Source: Polymyxa betae A26-41
Taxonomy: Eukaryota > Protista > Endomyxa: Phytomyxea
Reading direction: 5' to 3'
NCBI GenBank assembly: GCA_003693705.1
Contig: RBZT01000215.1
Coordinates: forward strand, 62,001-126,000
DNA length: 64,000 bases
The notes beneath the pieces were generated by a model. The model was not told the DNA's origin. It was given only the letters and a program-made list of their open reading frames with translations, and ran no database searches. Shown here piece by piece: positions 37,962-49,886 of the stretch (its first letter is position 1; each line of letters begins with the position of its first letter). The position numbers and the translations under genes are program-made.

Positions 37962-38644
37962 TCAGTCGTCATCCCAATTCTCATCGTCGTTATCATCGGC
38001 ACCCATGGCCTCTAAAGCATCTGGCGCTCGAACAATCTCTGCATCAGGTTCGATGACAGGATTCTGAGAAAGTTTGGCTGGCGGTTCGGCAGCAGTAGCC
38101 GATTCTTCCGCTACCGGTGGTCGTACTTCCTCTTTTTTGGGCTTCTTGTTTCCATCCGACGTCCTGGGCTTCCTTGGTCTAGTAAACAATAAGAAATGGG
38201 TTCCAGTATTATTTGGAGGAGCGTTCGTTTACTTTGGAGTTTTCGAGGCCTTGCCAGACTTCTCTGGCTTCTCGGCCAAATCAGGAACTTGCTCGACAAG
38301 AGGCTTCAAGAAATCAAACTTCTGCGACTGCATAACACATTCTTTGAAATGACCAGCTTGGATGACATCCGACTCTCTCGCTTTAGCTACTGAGATGGCT
38401 TTCTGTAACAATTCTTCGAGAAATAATTCGACCTGCATCATGAATCAGTGGACTACTATGAGCAATATATCCAGATTACCGATCGGGAGATCATAACGGG
38501 AACCTCGGCAGCAATTTTACCAACATCATCGTCCATTTGCATGATCTGCTTGATCTTGCTCTGCGCCAAACAGCATCAGCCGAATCGGCAGCCAACCTGC
38601 TCGAGAAATACCTTTGGGAAAACGGTTCGTATTTTTGTACTCAT
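37962..38644 (-). CDS. DRAP1: Negative cofactor 2 alpha subunit (DRAP1/Bur6), multi-exon
   Basis: FPK/SKIKQIMQMDDDVGKIAAEVPVMISR, ELFLEELL, HFKECV...FDFLKPLVEQVPD. Confidence 0.9.
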
Positions 38645-38890
38645 GGTCTAGGGCGCAAGACAACGCTCCAATAAACAGTCAAGTAGCCGACGACGATGGC
38701 TGACAAGACGACGACAAGATTTCAGATAGCGACAGCAGCAGCCTCTTCTAAACAGAAGGCCGCGCCAATCGAAATTTCTTTAAAAAATCGCTTTTCATCA
38801 ACTGAAAAATTGTGCAAATTGTTAAATCAGATGATGAGCCTGACGATTCGATAATGACACAGCAATGATTGCAGAATCGATACAATTCGT

Positions 38891-39228
38891 TTATTCAGAT
38901 GAAGGTTGGTTTCGGGGAGTCGTGGTTGTGACCGTCACTCCATGCAGAACAGGCATCCATTCTTTCAGTAAGTCATTCACGAGTCGGTGTCGTTTCAACG
39001 TCGACATTCCTTCGAATTGCTTGGATACAACATGAATCTGGAAAAATGCACCTGAATGGGCTGCTTAGAGAGATGAATCGATTCGCATTCAGACGAACCG
39101 CATCCTCCTGAGGTATCAACGACATCCACGACCGAGTCCTTCAAGCCCGATCGTAATCGATTGATAATCTGCTCTGGAGATGGCTGTGTGATGGCTGAGC
39201 TGAGTGCCCTCGACCATCGCCTTATCAT
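38891..39228 (-). CDS. BolA-family protein (BOLA3-like, mitochondrial), 2 exons
   Basis: VVDTSGGCGS/FFQIHVVSKQFEGMSTLKRHRLVNDLLKEWMPVLHG, with a presequence-like MIRRWSRALSS. Confidence 0.9.
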
Positions 39229-39453
39229 CGTGTTGACCGACTCCGGGGCACTCCGCCAACAAACTCGTCTCGCTTTCGTCAACGCAACTGAAGTTTATGG
39301 TTGGTTGTACGTATAAACAGATCATGAAATCGTTATTTGAATTTGTTCGTCTCAATCTAACGCTCAAGCAATATACGGATATGAATATTAGCCAGCGGCA
39401 TTATAATTTTGGCTGAGCCAAACCATCGCCGACATTAACAAACCCATTTGGTG

Positions 39454-40367
39454 CTAGAGTGTTAGATCTATTCTGATACTTGTGCAATATGCGATAGAAT
39501 CCTGCTCAGAGGCGCTCTTATCGCATTTGAATTTGTTGTCGGCAAAACTCAACTGGACCTGATTTTGCACGGCAATTGAATTTATCTGGTGTGCGAATTT
39601 GTGTTCGGTTTGTTCACGAACCGCGATAAATTTGGCAATCGGTTGTCTTTGTTTTGGAAGAACAGCAAACCGATATGATGCGGGAATTGCAGAAACGACG
39701 CCATTCCAATTTCCCAAACATTTCACGGATTTGGTTCAGCGCGTTCTTTTGATCTCAATTTTCGTCGATTACTATATTCAGTCTTGGAATCGATTCAGTC
39801 AGCCTATCCATAGAGCTGAGGTTGAGACTTGAGCCTGTACTTTCCAGATATGAAATTGAAGAGCTAATTTCAATATAAAACTACTGATACGAGTGATATC
39901 TATATTAAAATTTGCGATGAATGAGTCCAACTATATGAAGGACAAACGGCGGTAACAGAGAAAAAGATGTTCGAATGCTGCTGTGATATGAAACACGATT
40001 GGATTAGTGAATATTGATTCGCTGATCTTTGTCAAAAAGCGGCGCTGTCCCCTCAGCGCATGGCCGGTAAAATTCAGGCCTAATAATAAAACTATGTAGG
40101 GTAATAATCTCTCAAAATCGAGAAGCACTTTACAGAAGCCATGCAGATCTCAGTAGATGTGATCGATAAGCAATGTGAGAGAAATTCACGACAAGGTACC
40201 TGTTTGTAAACAATCGAGGAACAGGGCGATTGCCCTCTTTTATAAACACGAAAACCGTTTCGCAGACAATCCTGCTCACTTAATACTATTCTAGCACGAC
40301 CCCAGCAGTTTCCTTCTGGAAGAGTCCAATCTCGGACTCGAGCCGAACTGAGAGCCGAAGCTGACAT
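39454..40367 (-). CDS. Possible hypothetical multi-exon gene
   Basis: A chain of short minus-strand ORFs with a GTACCT donor near 40198. No recognisable domain and no consistent splice model. Confidence 0.2.
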
Positions 40368-40871
40368 AGCCCGAATAGCCTGTTACGATCGTGACGGGCG
40401 AGTAAGACGTCGCCCGTATGCGCAAAAGCCGACCCGAAAGTCGATTCTGCACTGATAGGCGGCCACAGGTCTTGGTGTGCGGCAACATAGAAGATATCAG
40501 CCGGTACTTTTTACCTGTACCTTGACCTAAAATCTGCGAGCTTCTCGTTGATCGTCTCTTTGTTCTAGAAGTCGCTGGACCTGTAACCGATCATTACAGG
40601 ACGGCGGTTCAGTCGCGCAACCGTCGAACGTTCACGACATCCGCCCAGTAAACGTTACTTCTGGGGTCGTGGGGCGCCGTCACGCTCCCCATCTTATACC
40701 AAAGGTAGGTTATGCTTGGGCACATGTGGCGATGTAACCCTTTAGAAAAGCGCGTGACTTGTTGACTGTCGTCATGTTTGCCGTAGGGATACATCAGTAG
40801 TAGTCGTTGAAGGGTGTGGCTTTAAGAGGGGGAGAGCCATAGAGACCACACTATTCAGTGATCCATTGCCC

Positions 40872-43509
40872 ATGGGCAACGAACGGCATCAGGGTCGGTC
40901 TTCGGTCAGCTCCATCCCCGAAGCCCAGCTGATCGGCACCATTCTCGATGATGATATCGCCACGCCACTGATTGCCATGCCGCGACCCCAAGCGCCCATC
41001 TCGCAGCCATATAACAGATCGACCTCGGCGCCGCCCCAACTGTCGCTTGATGGTAGCCGATCATCTCTGTTACTTCAACCTGTTAATCGTTGTAGGATCG
41101 TCGATGGTATTTGTCAATGGCGAGGTGATCTCACCGGAAGATCCTCGCCTATCTCCGGCGTATTACGCGTATTATTATTCGCAGCGACCGATCGACCCCA
41201 GATTGCCTCCGCCGCTGCTAGATTATAGCTCTTGGAGCTCATCAGCCCATCCCCAACCTGACGCTTTCAAACATATGCGTTTACCGATGATGAATACCCC
41301 TAAACGCCCTGGAGTTATCAACCCAAAGGGATCGGCATGGGCTATGGAAAAGTCGTTTGGGGCATCGATGATCCAACAGGACTTTCCTCGAACGCCATCG
41401 CCTCTGTTTCCTGCTGGATGGATGGCTTCCAGCCAGAAACCAGATCCAGTATGATTCTACTTTTTTACTTTGCAAAACTTTGCTTATGAAATATTTCAGA
41501 CGTCAACTCCGTTCAATGTTTCGTCTTTCGATATACAACTTTATCGTTCTGCATCAGCTGATATCGAGCAGCTTCACGTCAACATGAACAATTTACACGT
41601 ACGTCATCGGTTTTCGACATGTCAATTTTTTGACCTTGAATAGGTGAGATCCAAGCCGGTGACCATCCCATATAATCCTCAACCGTACTATCCTGAACCC
41701 AGGGTTGTGCTCTTTTTCTTCCTCGCAAATGATCACTAATGCGATAAAACCAGGATTTCGCGACGTATCCGGTGCGCGTCGACGATGTGGCCACCGGCCA
41801 TGTCCACCCGCAACCCATTCGGCAATACTGGCCCAACCCGAATGCGACCGATGACCATGTTGATAGCAAAAACGCCTCAAGTAAAGTACGAACTGTGTTT
41901 CCACGTTCTGCTTTCCCGCTTTTAACATTTCTAATAGCAAAATGGCCAGTCACGTAACAACTTCAAGAATAAGAAGGCTTCTGCAGATACAGAAAGCTCA
42001 ACGAAGTTGTACTACTTCAGAATGACCCGTGTTAAGTCGGAACCTGAGTGAAATTTAGAGCTTCTATCCTTCATGAACTGCGAACGAATAAGCACCATCA
42101 TCATATCCGATTGTCTGATGTAATTAACCAAGGCTTGGTCGCTATTTTGGCAACCGATCAGGTTGGTTTGGTTTCGCAATGAACGGTTTAGGAATGTAAC
42201 ACGATACATTCAGAACGGATCGAGGTTTATTCAGATGCAGCTTGAGCAAGCCACAAAGTCCCAGCTGCAGGAGATGTACGAACAGCTTGAGCAAGACACG
42301 ATCAGGTCCGAATTTGTCTCGCAGCATGGAAATAATCCTTATCGGTTTTAAGATTGAGTGTCGACGTATTTGCAAACTATGTAATTCAAAAGTTCTTCGA
42401 GAACGGAACACAATCTCAGCGCCGCGGTTTGGCTGAACGCATGCTGGGAGCCATTCTGCCATTATCAATGCAGGTATGATTGAAGCCATCCCTTCACAGC
42501 TTAATTGCTGATTTGGGTAGATGTACGGTTGCCGGGTTGTGCAAAAGGCTCTAGAAGTCATCGAGCTGGACCAGCAACTGAAATTCGCCATGGAGCTGAG
42601 AGGCCATATAGACAAGTGTGTCAAAGATCAAAATGGTTGATGTGAATCACAATCTTGGGCTTCTATTTCTGAAGATATGCTCAGGAAATCATGTGGTTCA
42701 AAAATGTATCGAAGTGCTCCCGCATGACGCAATCACATTGATTACTAATGCTTTCGTCGGCAACGTTTGCTCATTCTCCATGCATGCCTATGGATGTAGA
42801 GTCATCCAACGGCTGTTAGAACACTGCAAAGAGCCGCGAAGACAAGTTGGACATTTGTTCCGTGCTTATCTATTGTTACTTACATCCTAATCCAGGAACA
42901 GATCCTGCAAGAAATAATGTCAAGGATATCTAGTTTAATTGTTGATCAGGTCTGCATTTCGATTTTCCTGTTCTTGTGTAATCTGATCTGGGCTAGTTCG
43001 GCAATTACGTAATTCAAAACATTATCGAGCGCGGGCCGCCTGCTTATCGAGACGCAATTATCAATGAAGTCAAGGTGCGACCAGATTTTCAAGTATGATT
43101 TCACGAGTTTTCACAGTTGTGCATCAGGGCCATATCTGTGATTTCAGTCGGCACAAATTTGCGTCAAACGTAGTCGAAAAATGTTTTGCATTTGGCTCTG
43201 AAGAAGAAAAAGAGACTCTCGTACGTGAAACATGCGGAGAACTTCCTTCTAGTGGATGTGAACCATCTCAATGTCCCTTGGTCTTAATGGTTAAGGACCC
43301 GTTTGGTAATTACGTCGTCCAGAAGATCTTATGTGTTGTCAACGCTGATCAACGGAATCGTTTGGTTGATGCTATGAGAATGAGAATCCCCAACCTGCGT
43401 AAAATCGCTTTCGGCAAGCATATTGTTGCCACTGTAGCACGTTTAACGGGAATTGTAAGTTTCTTTTTCCAAGGTTGGAAAATTCTGAGCTCTCTTCCAG
43501 GTCATGTAA
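40872..43509 (+). CDS. Pumilio/PUF RNA-binding protein (8 repeats), multi-exon
   Basis: N-terminal [16 protein letters not shown] and [11 protein letters not shown] (as in plant APUM). Repeats: SRFIQ, NYVIQ, CRVVQ, NHVVQ, CRVIQ, NYVIQ, SNVVE, NYVVQ. Confidence 0.95.
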
Positions 43510-43675
43510 TCTTAATTCTATTGTCCCGTAATATTTTAAAATATTATTAATATTTGTATAAATCATTGAGTGATGTACTAATCTTATAAAGCGTTACTTT
43601 ATATTCGTTGAATTTGTCTTCAGTAGCAAACACGTAATGACAATAATAAAGCTTGGGATAGGTTTATCTTAATAT

Positions 43676-45106
43676 TTACATTGAATCGTTATGATCTGCA
43701 CAGAGTGAATTCATTCTCCGAATCCTTGACTTCTTCTTCAATCCTTTCAACATTGTCTGACGGGTTGATTGTCCACCAACATTCGGATACAATCCACAGA
43801 GAGACTGCGTTCGAAATTGTAGCTTTTGGGTCGGTTTAACAGAAGGTGGAAAATCCTTTGCTATCAATGGACGATTATCCTTATTGGAAGGCTTGTTAGG
43901 TCTTTCATTGCCAAGGACTTGAAATTGCTGGCCGTATATCTTGCATTCTTCTTCGCCTGAGAACTCCAACTCAATACTATCACTGTCACTTCGCTCATTG
44001 GAACTGGACGTTACTGGCCTTTGTAGAGAATTCTCCTTTGTGTTTGACGTATCGGATACCAATCGTAAGTGGAGCGAACGCTGGGAGATATTTCTCAAGA
44101 GGTTGTCCAGAAAATTAGGATTCGGTTTCGGAGCATATTTCTGCCGGCGCCCAGCCGAGCAGTGTTTCTTCAAAATCACTTTGTCGAGATTGGAATCATC
44201 ACTATCAGAACCGCTGGCATCAGGTTCTACCGTCTTGGGGACAGGCTTTCGCTTTTTCTTCGGTTCGTGCTTTCTAGGCTTCGAAATCCCTTCGTCCAGT
44301 GATTGCCACGAAGCGCTCTCTTTCCAGTCCCCCCCTTTGGCATCCTCGTCACTGCTATCAGATATCGCCGGTCGCTTACTTTTAGCAGCCATTCCATTGT
44401 CTAATTGATGATCCTCACATTGCATCTTATCGTCACTATCGCTTTCATCAGAAAATACAAAGCGTTTGCGCTGAGAATCCAGCCTCTGCGACGCTAGTCC
44501 CTTAGGCTTGCCTCGATTGCTTTTTCTGTCATCCTGGTCATTCTCAGAGACCAAAGGGCGTTTCTTAGCAAATTTCCTCCTCACAGATGGACGTTTCGAT
44601 TTTGCCTCACAATCATTGTTGGAAGTGTTGTTCTCATCATTATCGCTTTCAGAAATTACAGGGCGCTTCTTTTTCAGCTTTGATTTCAAAACAGGTGCAG
44701 TGTTTATAGCCGGATCATCATCATTGTTCAATATATGATCGATATCCTGGTTTGATGAAATATCGCTTGTTTCTTTCTTATTAGTCGAATCTGGGGCTTC
44801 TGTTGAAGTCGCGACAGGGACATCTTCGTCGTCTTCCTCAGACAAAACGTCAAGCCTTCCTTTATGACGTTCGGGTTGGTTTTCCACATCCTCGTCATCG
44901 TCAGAATCATCCAATCGGCGACTCCTTTTCTTTGAAGCAAACGGTAAAGGATCCGGCAAGGATTCGGAAGCAGCAAACGGGTCGTCGAGCTCGTCCTGAG
45001 CAGCAGCGGCCTCGGCAGGGGCCTCGTTTCGTAGTTCGCCAGGCCTTAAATCTAGAATCTCCCGGATCAAATCGTCGTCGGACGACTCCCTATCACTGCC
45101 CGACAT
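43676..45106 (-). CDS. Disordered, charged nuclear-type hypothetical protein, intronless
   Basis: ~476-aa open frame rich in D/E/S/K, with repeated basic-plus-SD motifs. Confidence 0.65.
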   Translation of the reverse strand: MSGSDRESSDDDLIREILDLRPGELRNEAPAEAAAAQDELDDPFAASESLPDPLPFASKKRSRRLDDSDDDEDVENQPERHKGRLDVLSEEDDEDVPVATSTEAPDSTNKKETSDISSNQDIDHILNNDDDPAINTAPVLKSKLKKKRPVISESDNDENNTSNNDCEAKSKRPSVRRKFAKKRPLVSENDQDDRKSNRGKPKGLASQRLDSQRKRFVFSDESDSDDKMQCEDHQLDNGMAAKSKRPAISDSSDEDAKGGDWKESASWQSLDEGISKPRKHEPKKKRKPVPKTVEPDASGSDSDDSNLDKVILKKHCSAGRRQKYAPKPNPNFLDNLLRNISQRSLHLRLVSDTSNTKENSLQRPVTSSSNERSDSDSIELEFSGEEECKIYGQQFQVLGNERPNKPSNKDNRPLIAKDFPPSVKPTQKLQFRTQSLCGLYPNVGGQSTRQTMLKGLKKKSRIRRMNSLCADHNDSM

Positions 45107-45504
45107 GGTGTAAAGACGACAGCGACAATGACGACGCAACTTTCAGCGACTGATGTTGGGGTCTTGATGGGGCAATGGGGTTCCTTCATACCGTCTCACC
45201 AATCTTCGTAGTATGGCAGATGCTCATAATTTGCATTAGCATCATTGGAACAGGAAACTCACCTGCACGATCTTGACCAATTACTTTGTTCAGACAAGCT
45301 ATCTAAGATAAGATCATCTATCAATGTTGAATGCTAAAGCAAGAAACAGGCCATATTATGATTGGTTGGTCAGCGCTTGAATGTAAGAATTAGTGACCAT
45401 CAATCTTCGTGCTGCTCTGGAAAGATTGTTGGAGATTTAAGTAGTAGTACGGAGTCCGGGGCCTCCCTAGGGCCCTTCAGAGCTCTATACATCTCTCTTT
45501 TGTC

Positions 45505-47672
45505 ATGGTGTCGCCCAGCGTCACCAATGCCAATGCCGACATAAACGGCAAAGGGATCGCCAAGTCGAAGCGCGCCCAGCGCCGTCAACGTCAAAAACAT
45601 AATCGACAAGAGCTTCGGTCGCAGCAGAATGGAAATGGCTTCGTACCCGAGACGCCATCAGAATCGGACGCCACTATGGTATCATTGTCTTGCTTTGTGC
45701 TTGGATTGTCATCCTGAGGATGTCGGTATAGACTGAGATTGATTCTGAGATCGAGGTCGAAGTCGAATACGTCCCCGAGTCTATCGATTCGACGGAGCCG
45801 TTGGCCGATTTTTTCAGCGATGTCTTCGAGAGATTCTCATCCAGAGGCGTGCGAAGGGAAGACCCCGAGGTCACCATTGTGCCAGCAAAATCTGAACAAA
45901 ACAGGGAGAATGAAGACGAATTTTCTGATGATGACGAGGTATGAGCAATTGCTAGCTAACACTGAATCATTTGACCCCCTGCGAGTGCCTTTTCGAATTA
46001 CGTTTTTTGATTTTATGCTGAAGTTGTGGGGTTAATTTGCAAATTTTGCAATTATGACACTGCTACTTTCCCCACTGCAATACTCTTTAATGATTGAAGT
46101 TCGCATTTGCATTCAGTCTGCTGCAGTGATTCTGTATTGTCATACTAACTATGGAAATGATAGCCCGAAACTCCACTCAGCCGCAGACAACTTCGGAAAT
46201 TAAATCGGATGGATGTCGCCGAATTGAAACAGGTGGCCCAATTCCCTGAAGTCGTCGATGTCCACGATGTTTGCACCAGCGATCCGGTCCTTCTTGTCCA
46301 GCTGAAATCGCTGCGAAACTCGGTCCCTGTTCCAGGCCACTGGTCTCAGAAGCGGAAATACCTTCAGGGTAAGCGCGGCCAGGAGAAGAGCTTGTTCAAA
46401 CTGCCGGACTACATCGAGGCGACCGGTATCGCCGCTATTCGTCTAGCGCATCACGAGCAGGACGCCGAAAAGAAAGCGAAAACCAAACAGAGGGAGCGAA
46501 TGCAGCCTAAAATGAACCGGCTGGATATCGATTATCAGGTCCTGCATGACGCCTTCTTCCGCAGCCAGCCGAAAATGAAACCCGCGATTCACGGCGATAT
46601 TTACTTTGAAGGCAAAGAATTCCAAGTCAATGTAATGCTGGTCCATGATCCACCGTTTGATTATTCAGCTGATGCTGCGGTGTAGGTCAAAACAGCACGT
46701 CCCGGTATTCTATCGCAGGCGCTGAAGGACGCTCTGGGCATGCGTGAGGGATACCCACCGCCTTGGTTAATCAACATGCAGCGATACGGGCCGCCACCAT
46801 CATACAGGAACCTCAAGATTCCTGGTCTCAATGCTCCTTTACCACCGAATGCTTCATATGGTTATGGTGAAGGTCAATGGGGTAAACCGCCTGTTGATCA
46901 TCTTGGTAAGCAGCACTTTTTTCTCAGAAAATTTCGATTGCTTTTTAGTTTTTTTTTTCAAACGCAATTTTGTTTTTTAATGCATTCCAAAGGGCAACCG
47001 CTGTATGGTGATCCATTCGGATTATCGGTGGAGCCAGAATTGCCTCCGGAACCGATTTCGAACTTGGAACCATGGGGAAACCTGATCGTCGAGGAAGAAG
47101 TGGAAGAGGAAGAAGAACCTGATGAAGTCGATATGGAACAGGAAGAGGACATGACCGGAATTGAATCAGTGGCTTCATTCGCCTCGGGAATGGTGACGCC
47201 CGACGCCATTGATTTGCGAAAGGGCATCACCAGCGTTGAGACTCCTGAGATCGACCTACGCAAACCGCAACCTGATAAGCAGCTCTTTCAAGTACATTTC
47301 AACCTCTCGTACAATTTCAGTTTTTCTTAATTGACTTGACAGGTTCTGGAGCAGAAAGACGTTACGGTTGGGGATGCGTTGTACGGCTCCTCGCATACAT
47401 ATAAGATCCCGACGGCAACCAGCCAAAGCGCAGCTGTTGCTAGTCAGCTATCTGATGGTCATGTTGATCTTGCTCTGGCTCCAGAAGAGCTCGCCAATAT
47501 GGACGAAGCTGCGTTGTCCAGGCGCTACCAGGAGCAGCTGGAGGCCGTCAAGGCTTTGCGTGCGTCAAGCAGCGAAAGTGTTAGCGAGGTGTTGCTTGAG
47601 GAAACTCGCAAGCGGAAGCGCAAGGAAGAGGCCAAGGCCAAGGGCAAAAAGTTCAAAGATTTCAAATTCTAA
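45505..47672 (+). CDS. SF3B2: Splicing factor 3B subunit 2 (SAP145/Cus1), multi-exon
   Basis: VAELKQ, NSVPVPGHWSQKRKYLQGKRG, DIDYQVLHDAFF, PPPWLINMQRYGPPPSY...KIPGLNAP, GSSHTY and C-terminal KDFKF. Confidence 0.96.
45939..46164 (+). ncRNA. Candidate intronic structured RNA (snoRNA-like) in the long SF3B2 intron
   Basis: 226-nt intron with stems 45971-45978/46028-46035, 46053-46059/46138-46144, 46073-46079/46122-46128 and 46092-46098/46112-46118. Canonical H/ACA and terminal D boxes are not found. Confidence 0.35.
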
Positions 47673-48047
47673 TCGCCAGTGCTTTTCTATTAAGAATATA
47701 TTTCCCAAACTATGTCAGGAAATCTGGTTTTACAATTACTATAGCAGCAGATGCGTTTGGCACATTTCGCAAAGTGCTCATCAGGGATCTTGGGAAAAAA
47801 CGTTCGACTTTTCCTCTTTGAAAGTTGGCTGCGACATCAATCTCATAATGAAGAATATTTCCTAATCCGTTTCCATTACTGTATTGGCAATAGACGCGTT
47901 TAACGTTTTGTTGCAGAAATGTGAATCATGTTGGTGGAAATGGGGCACGGCAGTTCACAGCGGTAATTATACTGGCCCTCTGCGGGGACCGTGCTCAGGT
48001 CCTGGCTGCTTTGCTGCTAGTCACAAGATCGGGTGGCGGCCCCGGTC

Positions 48048-49714
48048 ATGAAGAAATTTTTCCAGCGACGCCCGACGTTCTCGTCGTCGTCGGCGCCGCC
48101 GTCGCCGGCCCCAGCAGCCGCCGCCCCCGCTGACGTCAATGCGGCCGTTGGGACGGTGCCGGCCACCCCGACCAAACCCATCCAGGACGACGAATTGACA
48201 CTGTTCAAAGCGCGCGTGTCTGGATTCGCTTCAGGTGATTGACTGGACGCCACCCGTACTGGCCCACCCGTGGGCACCTGGAGTGACGAACTCATTGAAT
48301 GGCAGCGCAGACCGACAGATCTGGATTCGATTGACGCCGAAGCGACTCTATCAATCGGACGGGGTCGTGTACGACCTACTACAGCTGCATACGATCTCCG
48401 ACGATCCGGTCCAAGGCCAAGCTGTGATTGTGCATTGGTTTCGGTCTAGGTCCAATACCAAACTGATCGGGAATAAGGTGGGTTTCCACTCCCGGTACTA
48501 GCTAGGGTTCTAGGTTTGGGACAGGTGAAAGGCGAAATGCTGAAATCGGTGACGGAGGCTCGTGACATGATCGTTATCCAGCGATATGTATTCGAATCTG
48601 AAGCCGATCATCAGACGATGGTGTTGCTGTTGGATGATCTGACCAGGACCCGATGGCAGGCGTTATGTGAGCATCGGGTGATCACAGCCCCGGAGCTCTA
48701 TCAAGCTCACACTGCCGTCATTAAAGTCAATCGCAAAGGACACTGCCAGGAGCGTATGCTGGTTCTGTCTAACCTCTGGCTCTATAACATCCAATATCAT
48801 ACTGACCCAATCGCTATCAAACAGTGTAAGGTTAGTGAAGTTCATTTTATGTAGCACTTGCGTGCAATTTATGTATGCGCACTTTTGCAATTAATTTGTT
48901 TGCGTACGCAGTTTTACAAATTCACTGTGGCCGTTTCAAAAATTGCGAACGAGTTTTGGAACTGGGCGTTTTGCTGACGCCGTTTAAGTGGGCGATCCCG
49001 CTTCAGGCCATTACTGAACTGCAGCTGGATATCCTGCAGCAAACGCTATCCATGACATTAGTGATCGATGAGGTAACCATGACGAAATTGATGGACCAGT
49101 ACCACCGCATGTCGCGCGCGGATCTGCCCAAATCCCTGCATCAGTTCTGTTTCTATTCGGTCGCGAGCCAGCAGGCTTTCGTCACGCAGCTTCGTCTTTT
49201 ACGTCGAGATCAGATCGTCATAAAATGCTCGCAGCCTTATCTTGATGAGGTTGGTCTGCTTGTAGTTCATGTTTGTTGGTTGTTAAATGGCGTGATTCAG
49301 ATGGAGCATCTGGGGAGGTTTCGGGCCACGATCCAGCACGGCTATTTGGTGAAACATCGCAAGCATAATACTACGATGCCACATCGACGATATGTACGTC
49401 TGACAGATTCCGGCATGATCGCATGGTCTCAGGAGCCGAATTCGGCCAAGGTGCTGTCGGGTAAGGCGCTCTCAATCCGGCGCTGCTTCAACCTGATTAT
49501 GCTCGCAGGTGAGATTCGGTCTTCGCCGGGAAATAAATTCGATGAGAAGATGTTGTCGTTCACGATCGTGACAACTTCCAAGACATTGCATTTTGTTGCC
49601 GAATCGCTGGATGATTTCCGCGCTTGGAAGCAGGCCTTGGAGACGGTCATGCAACGACATCAAAATCGAGTTCATGTACAGCTTTCATCTTCAAACAAAG
49701 TACAATTTCTGTAG
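48048..49714 (+). CDS. Multi-PH-domain protein, multi-exon
   Basis: VIKVNRKGHCQERMLVLSNLWLYNI (myosin-I TH1-like PH motif) and a C-terminal PH domain GYLVKH...PHRRYVRL...SFTIVTTSKTLHFVAES....AWKQAL. Confidence 0.75.
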
Positions 49715-49886
49715 AGAATTCGGCTCATCGTTATCTATCTATCTGAACATGTAAATGAAGCTCTTTGAAGTTCTAGAAATCCTGTAATATTAATAAACTA
49801 TCGGGAAATACTCCAACAGCTTTAAGATTCTGATTGAAGAGATCTCATGCCCAAATCGATATTTATTCGAAATCCTATCATGACTA

